A stretch of DNA of 64,000 nucleotides from a virus, in the IMG/VR virus record IMGVR_UViG_3300044981_000204, positions 56,022 to 120,021 of that record. One strand, written 5' to 3'. The notes beneath the pieces are model-generated. The model did no database searches, was not told the DNA's origin, and saw only the letters and a list, made by a program, of their open reading frames with translations. Made by a program: the position numbers and the translations under genes. Below, piece after piece: positions 60,175-64,000 of this stretch. Each line of letters starts with the position of its first letter. Position 1 is the stretch's first letter.

Positions 60175-60428
60175 CTATTCAGTTGTCAAAGGTCTCGCAG
60201 GTTCCCGCCAATTCGAGACCTTGCAAGGTTCCGGCGCGCGGGATGGGTGGCTGCAGAGACAAGTATGGGTCCCTTCAACCCGAGGTCCAGCGAACCGTTC
60301 TCCCTAAGGGTTTGCCAGCCGAAGGAGGAGCGCTTCGATGAATGGTCCGTACTGGACCTTGGGTTCAAGAGACCCACTTCAACAAACTCCTCTAAATCCA
60401 GGCGACTGGCAATTCGCCCTACGAGACC
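60175..60428 (-). ncRNA. Structured leader RNA ending in a hairpin plus boxA-like element
   Basis: 22/24-bp stem 60267-60290 with 60352-60375; 10-bp pseudoknot 60312-60321 with 60403-60412; CUUUGACAACUGAAUAG. Confidence 0.58.
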
Positions 60429-61109
60429 ATACTACCACATGTTCCCCACTCGGGGAACGCGCTAGGTTGCCTCCTCGGCAACATTTATTTCCTGTACCCG
60501 CTCCTGGTCCACCCGGGCCTGCCCCTCTTGCTCCACCGCCGCTTGAGGGCCTTCCTGCACCTCTCGCAAGTGACCTGCCGCCGCGACGAGGTCACGACGC
60601 GGACCTTGGTGCCGCAGTCGGCGAACGCGTAATGGATCTTGTGCTTCCTCGCCATCACTCCTCGATCACCGCGTGTAGTTTGCTAGTCGGACACGCGCAC
60701 TCCACGCCCGTCTCGTGCTTGAAGAACAGGTTCCGACTCCCGTTGTAGCGCCACCTGCCGCCCTTGTCCAGCGACAGCGCGATCTTCTTGCACGACCACC
60801 TCAGGTTCGGGTGGTCCTCGCACGTGAGTGGCACGTGGGTGCCGTCGATGCCGTCGTCGAACTCCTGCTGCGTCATGCCTTTCTCCGACGCCAAGTATCG
60901 GGGCCAACTTCATCATAGCCCCGCTCATCCATAGAGAACATCTCTAAGCGTTCCCCTATGGGCTCGAGCAACTTGCATAGCTGATCATATGCCCGATCAT
61001 AGGTTTCCACGTTGGGCGCATCGACCATTGTTCCAGTGAGCAGGTGCAGCTCGTGCGCTCTACCGCGGAGTGCAGCAAATCTTTCTAAAGTTGACAGCTC
61101 TGCCATGAT

Positions 61110-61204
61110 TCCTCCCGACCCCGGACTCCAGCCGCCATATCCAGGCGTAGCTCCCCTGTCTACGGGAGCATCGCCAATGCTGCTGGAGTCCGGGCTCGGG
61201 ACGA
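61110..61204 (-). repeat. Intergenic hairpin family, copy H4
   Basis: CCCGAGCCCGGACUCCAGC pairs with GCUGGAGUCCGGGGUCGGG, followed by AGGAAUC-AUG. Confidence 0.72.
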
Positions 61205-61491
61205 GCCCTACCGCGCCAGCGCCTTCTCCCTCCGCACCCGCTCCAGGTGCTTTTCGCGCTCCTCAGCCGTCTGCGGCAGGTGTCCCCGCCTCAGGAACCT
61301 GCCAACGCTGCCCCTTGGCTCGGCGCCGCAGCAGCATTTCTTCAACTTCTTCAAGAGCATTTTAACTTCCTCCTTCTCCAGACTCCCTACCCAGGACTTC
61401 CCCGAAGTGGGTCTCATGCACTTTGCGGCATGAGCGAGACCTCGGAACCAGTCCTGAGTAGGGACTCTGGAGACCAGAGTCCAGGACTACT

Positions 61492-62001
61492 TCAGTCCCA
61501 CTTGATGTTGCCGGCGGCCATCAAGTGATTACGATAATACGAAAAGATTCTCGCCGGGTCTTGCTTCGTCTGCAGGAGCCCCGCGGCCGCTCCGGCACGG
61601 ACCACGCCAAAGATCTCCTCCTCGGGCATGTCCCGCTTCGGCTGACCGAACAGGATCCGCTGCAAAGCGGAAACTTGTTTGGTTTTATGGAAGGTAATCG
61701 GAGCTTGTAGAAGGTGGTACAAGGGCCTTCCTTTTCCACTTGTCGGCTTAACAACTGGTACCGCGACCGGAGCCTGGGTTGTTGCGGCGAGCGCCGCAGC
61801 TTCCTTCTTGAGTTCCTCGAGCTCCGCGAGCAGCTCCTCGGTCGTCTTCTGCTCCGGCTCCCGGACCTCGGTCTCCCTCACGATGTCCTCGATCGCGGCG
61901 CCAACCATGGCGTCACCGATGGTAGCTTGGATGTCCATCTTCTTCTCCTTTTCGTTGTTACCGCCAACGCGCGCGGCCTTCTTGCCAAATTTTTTGGCCA
62001 T
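61492..62001 (-). CDS. Winged-helix-like paralog 7
   Basis: TKQVSALQRIL...LQTKQDPARIFSYYRNHLMAAGNI; promoter at 62024, SD GAGGTG. Confidence 0.72.
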   Translation of the reverse strand: MAKKFGKKAARVGGNNEKEKKMDIQATIGDAMVGAAIEDIVRETEVREPEQKTTEELLAELEELKKEAAALAATTQAPVAVPVVKPTSGKGRPLYHLLQAPITFHKTKQVSALQRILFGQPKRDMPEEEIFGVVRAGAAAGLLQTKQDPARIFSYYRNHLMAAGNIKWD

Positions 62002-63088
62002 GTGCAAATCACCTCACAAGACCATTGTAGCACAGTTTGGTGCGGAGTTTGCTTGTTTGTGTTCTCCCGCACCATGAATTTGCGGGGTCCTGGTCTTACG
62101 TACTTAGGCCGAGGACCCAGCGAAGCTCCTCGATTCGAGAGGAAAGCTCCGCCATCTTGGGCTCGGATCCAACCGGTACCCGTAGTTCTCGAGGCGCTCG
62201 AGCTTGCGGTACTGCGTGACGTAGACCTGCAGCCGAGCGTCGATCTCTTGTTGAGTCCTCATACGCCTCCTACCTCGGGTTCCACACTATCACCACCCCC
62301 AGCGACTCAAGCTGCCGGACCTCGGCGTCCGTTATCGGGACCCATTCGCTCGACCCGGGCACCCGACACTCGCGGCCGGAGCCGGGGATCGGGGTACGCC
62401 AACGTATCTCGTACATGTTCGACCTCCGCTTAGTTTTGCTCACAGAACCATCTTAGTGCGGAATTGGCTCCCGCGGCTCGGTTGTTCCAACAACCAGCAG
62501 GTTCCTGGTCACAAGGACTCCTGCCCACGGCAGCGGAGTCCCGGCTCGCAGTTTGCTGTTGTACTCACAGACCCATCATATTACAGATTTGGGTCTAGGA
62601 TTCCGGAATTTACTGCTCGACTTCCTCCTCCGGCAACGAGTCGATTAGGTCCTGGACCTTCTGCGCAGCAGTCTGGGTCATGCGAGCGGTCCACGGGACC
62701 GCGACCTCGCCGATCCCGTCTACCTCGACGCGGATCATCGTAATACACTTTGGTTTGTTCATACTACGATCATACGTCGGATGTGGTGCCTGGTTTCCGG
62801 AATGTTGTTTCCTGGTTCGGGCTTCCGGGCTGGGGAGGCGGGGGGCGGGGGGCGGGGGTCCCGAAAGAGTTCACCCTCCTCGGGCGACCTGCTCTCAGGT
62901 GTTAGTCTAATAGTTCAGCCTAGGCGGCGGACGAGCGTACTCTCGGGCGGTCATCTTGGGTTTGTTTAACATAGTTAGTCCCATTTTTATTTTCCTAGTT
63001 CACCTAGGATATTCGATCCGTTCGGAGCATATGGCCCAAATTGGTCATGTGGACCACATTGGGCCACGATTTGGTCGACCACCAATCC

Positions 63089-63520
63089 CTACCTCAGTCG
63101 CTCAGCGCCGAACACCCGGACGAGGTCCTCGATCGCGTGCTGCTTCCTCTCCTCGGCGCGCCTGCGGCGCTCGAGGACACCCATCAGCTCCTCGATCCTC
63201 AGCTCCAGGCGCCGGACCTCGGCATCGGCACCGGTCCTCCCCTCGTACGCCGCGATGGCCGCGCCGCAGTCGACCGGCTGGCTGATCTTGACCACCTTGA
63301 CGGTCTCGACCGGCCTCGCCATCCTGGCCGCGGTCTGCTTGCGAGGCGGCCGCGAGGCGATCCTCTGCCTGTGCAGCTCCTCGTTGGTTGTCTCCACCAC
63401 CTCGGCGACGCTGCCGTCATTGTTCAGCTTGGTTAGCTTCGCCGAGAGGCGGATCCTCGCGCCGCGGAGCTTGTAGTTGGACGTGAAGCCATTGTGGCGG
63501 CTTATGTTTATCGGGTTCAT
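63089..63520 (-). CDS. Hypothetical protein with C-terminal coiled coil
   Basis: 143 aa; SD AAGGAG. Confidence 0.65.
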   Translation of the reverse strand: MNPINISRHNGFTSNYKLRGARIRLSAKLTKLNNDGSVAEVVETTNEELHRQRIASRPPRKQTAARMARPVETVKVVKISQPVDCGAAIAAYEGRTGADAEVRRLELRIEELMGVLERRRRAEERKQHAIEDLVRVFGAERLR

Positions 63521-64000
63521 CTAGTTCTCCTTCGCCTTCTTCTTCAACTTCCGCAGCAACCTAATTAACTGCTTTGCTTCCTCTATCGCCGCATCAATCT
63601 GCACCTTGGTTGTTTCTACGGAAAAAGAGCCAATCGTTTGATATAGCTCCTTCGCCCCATAGTACACGGTCATCGCATCCATGCTAATTGCCTCCCCTTA
63701 TTTTTATCTCCAACTGCCTGATCTTCTCGCTGAGCGCCGCGACCTCCGCGGCCCTCGTGCCTACCACCGGGGCAGTCGCCCTGGCGGCCATCCTCACCAG
63801 CTCCTTCCTCAGCTGGTACTTGCGCCCAGCCTTGACCGAGCGGACCCCCTGGACAGGGGGTTTGCCTAGCTCGGCTTCGACGAGGCCCAACGCGTCCGGC
63901 GCCCAGCAGGCGAGGTCCTTGGCGCCGCAATCGTAACACCACCACGTGAAGCCGCTAAACTGTGGGTCATAGGCTCGATAGATATTTAGCCCGGTGAGGT

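Larger units (their letters stand above)
38362..64000 (-). other. Early/accessory arm of many short co-oriented hypothetical genes
   Basis: Densely packed minus-strand ORFs with SD sequences and overlapping stop/start codons; multiple extended -10 promoters. Confidence 0.8.

Noticed and set aside
62096-62262. Programmed frameshift in a small ORF (alternate frame reads KMAELSSRIEELRWVLG)
   Set aside because: No slippery site seen; may be a point indel or sequencing error and cannot be resolved here
6601-64000. Numerous long plus-strand and alternate-frame ORFs (e.g. 54391-55440, 31842-32594, 50053-50772, 61714-62433)
   Set aside because: Antisense shadows of well-formed minus-strand genes in GC-rich DNA; Arg/Pro/Ser-rich with no motifs

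Overview
A 64-kb slice of a large, GC-rich dsDNA tailed phage genome; no housekeeping-operon context and no integrase or capsid/terminase genes are recognisable in the window. The host is possibly Acidobacteria-like, inferred only from the style of the left-end proteins. 1-6.5 kb (+): the end of a late/structural block with Cys/Thr/Ser-rich proteins, two with signal peptides. 6.6-18.4 kb (-): replication module (SNF2 and UvrD helicases, primase, SSB-like protein, resolvase, family A DNA polymerase with Leu762, two homing endonucleases). 18.8-27.7 kb (-): nucleotide metabolism/DNA modification block (dCMP deaminase, YhaM, an Asp-type thymidylate-synthase homolog, dTMP kinase, ThyX, three MazG-like proteins, a deoxyribosyltransferase-like protein, a methyltransferase, UDG). 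32.6-37.8 kb (-): heptose-pathway/glycosyl- and methyltransferase operon. About 38 kb: iteron-like AT-richer gap. 38-64 kb (-): many small early-type genes. This arm is unusually rich in structured non-coding elements: a circularly permuted two-piece tmRNA; a predicted bistable ~200-nt RNA whose 3' tail is a perfect 28-nt antisense match to a site 33 kb away; a T-arm-containing RNA closed by a 20-bp stem; an rrn-type boxA leader; and a family of SD-sequestering intergenic hairpins. A seven-member paralogous winged-helix-like protein family is dispersed from 28 to 62 kb. All functional calls come from motif recognition by eye; no searches or folding programs were run.
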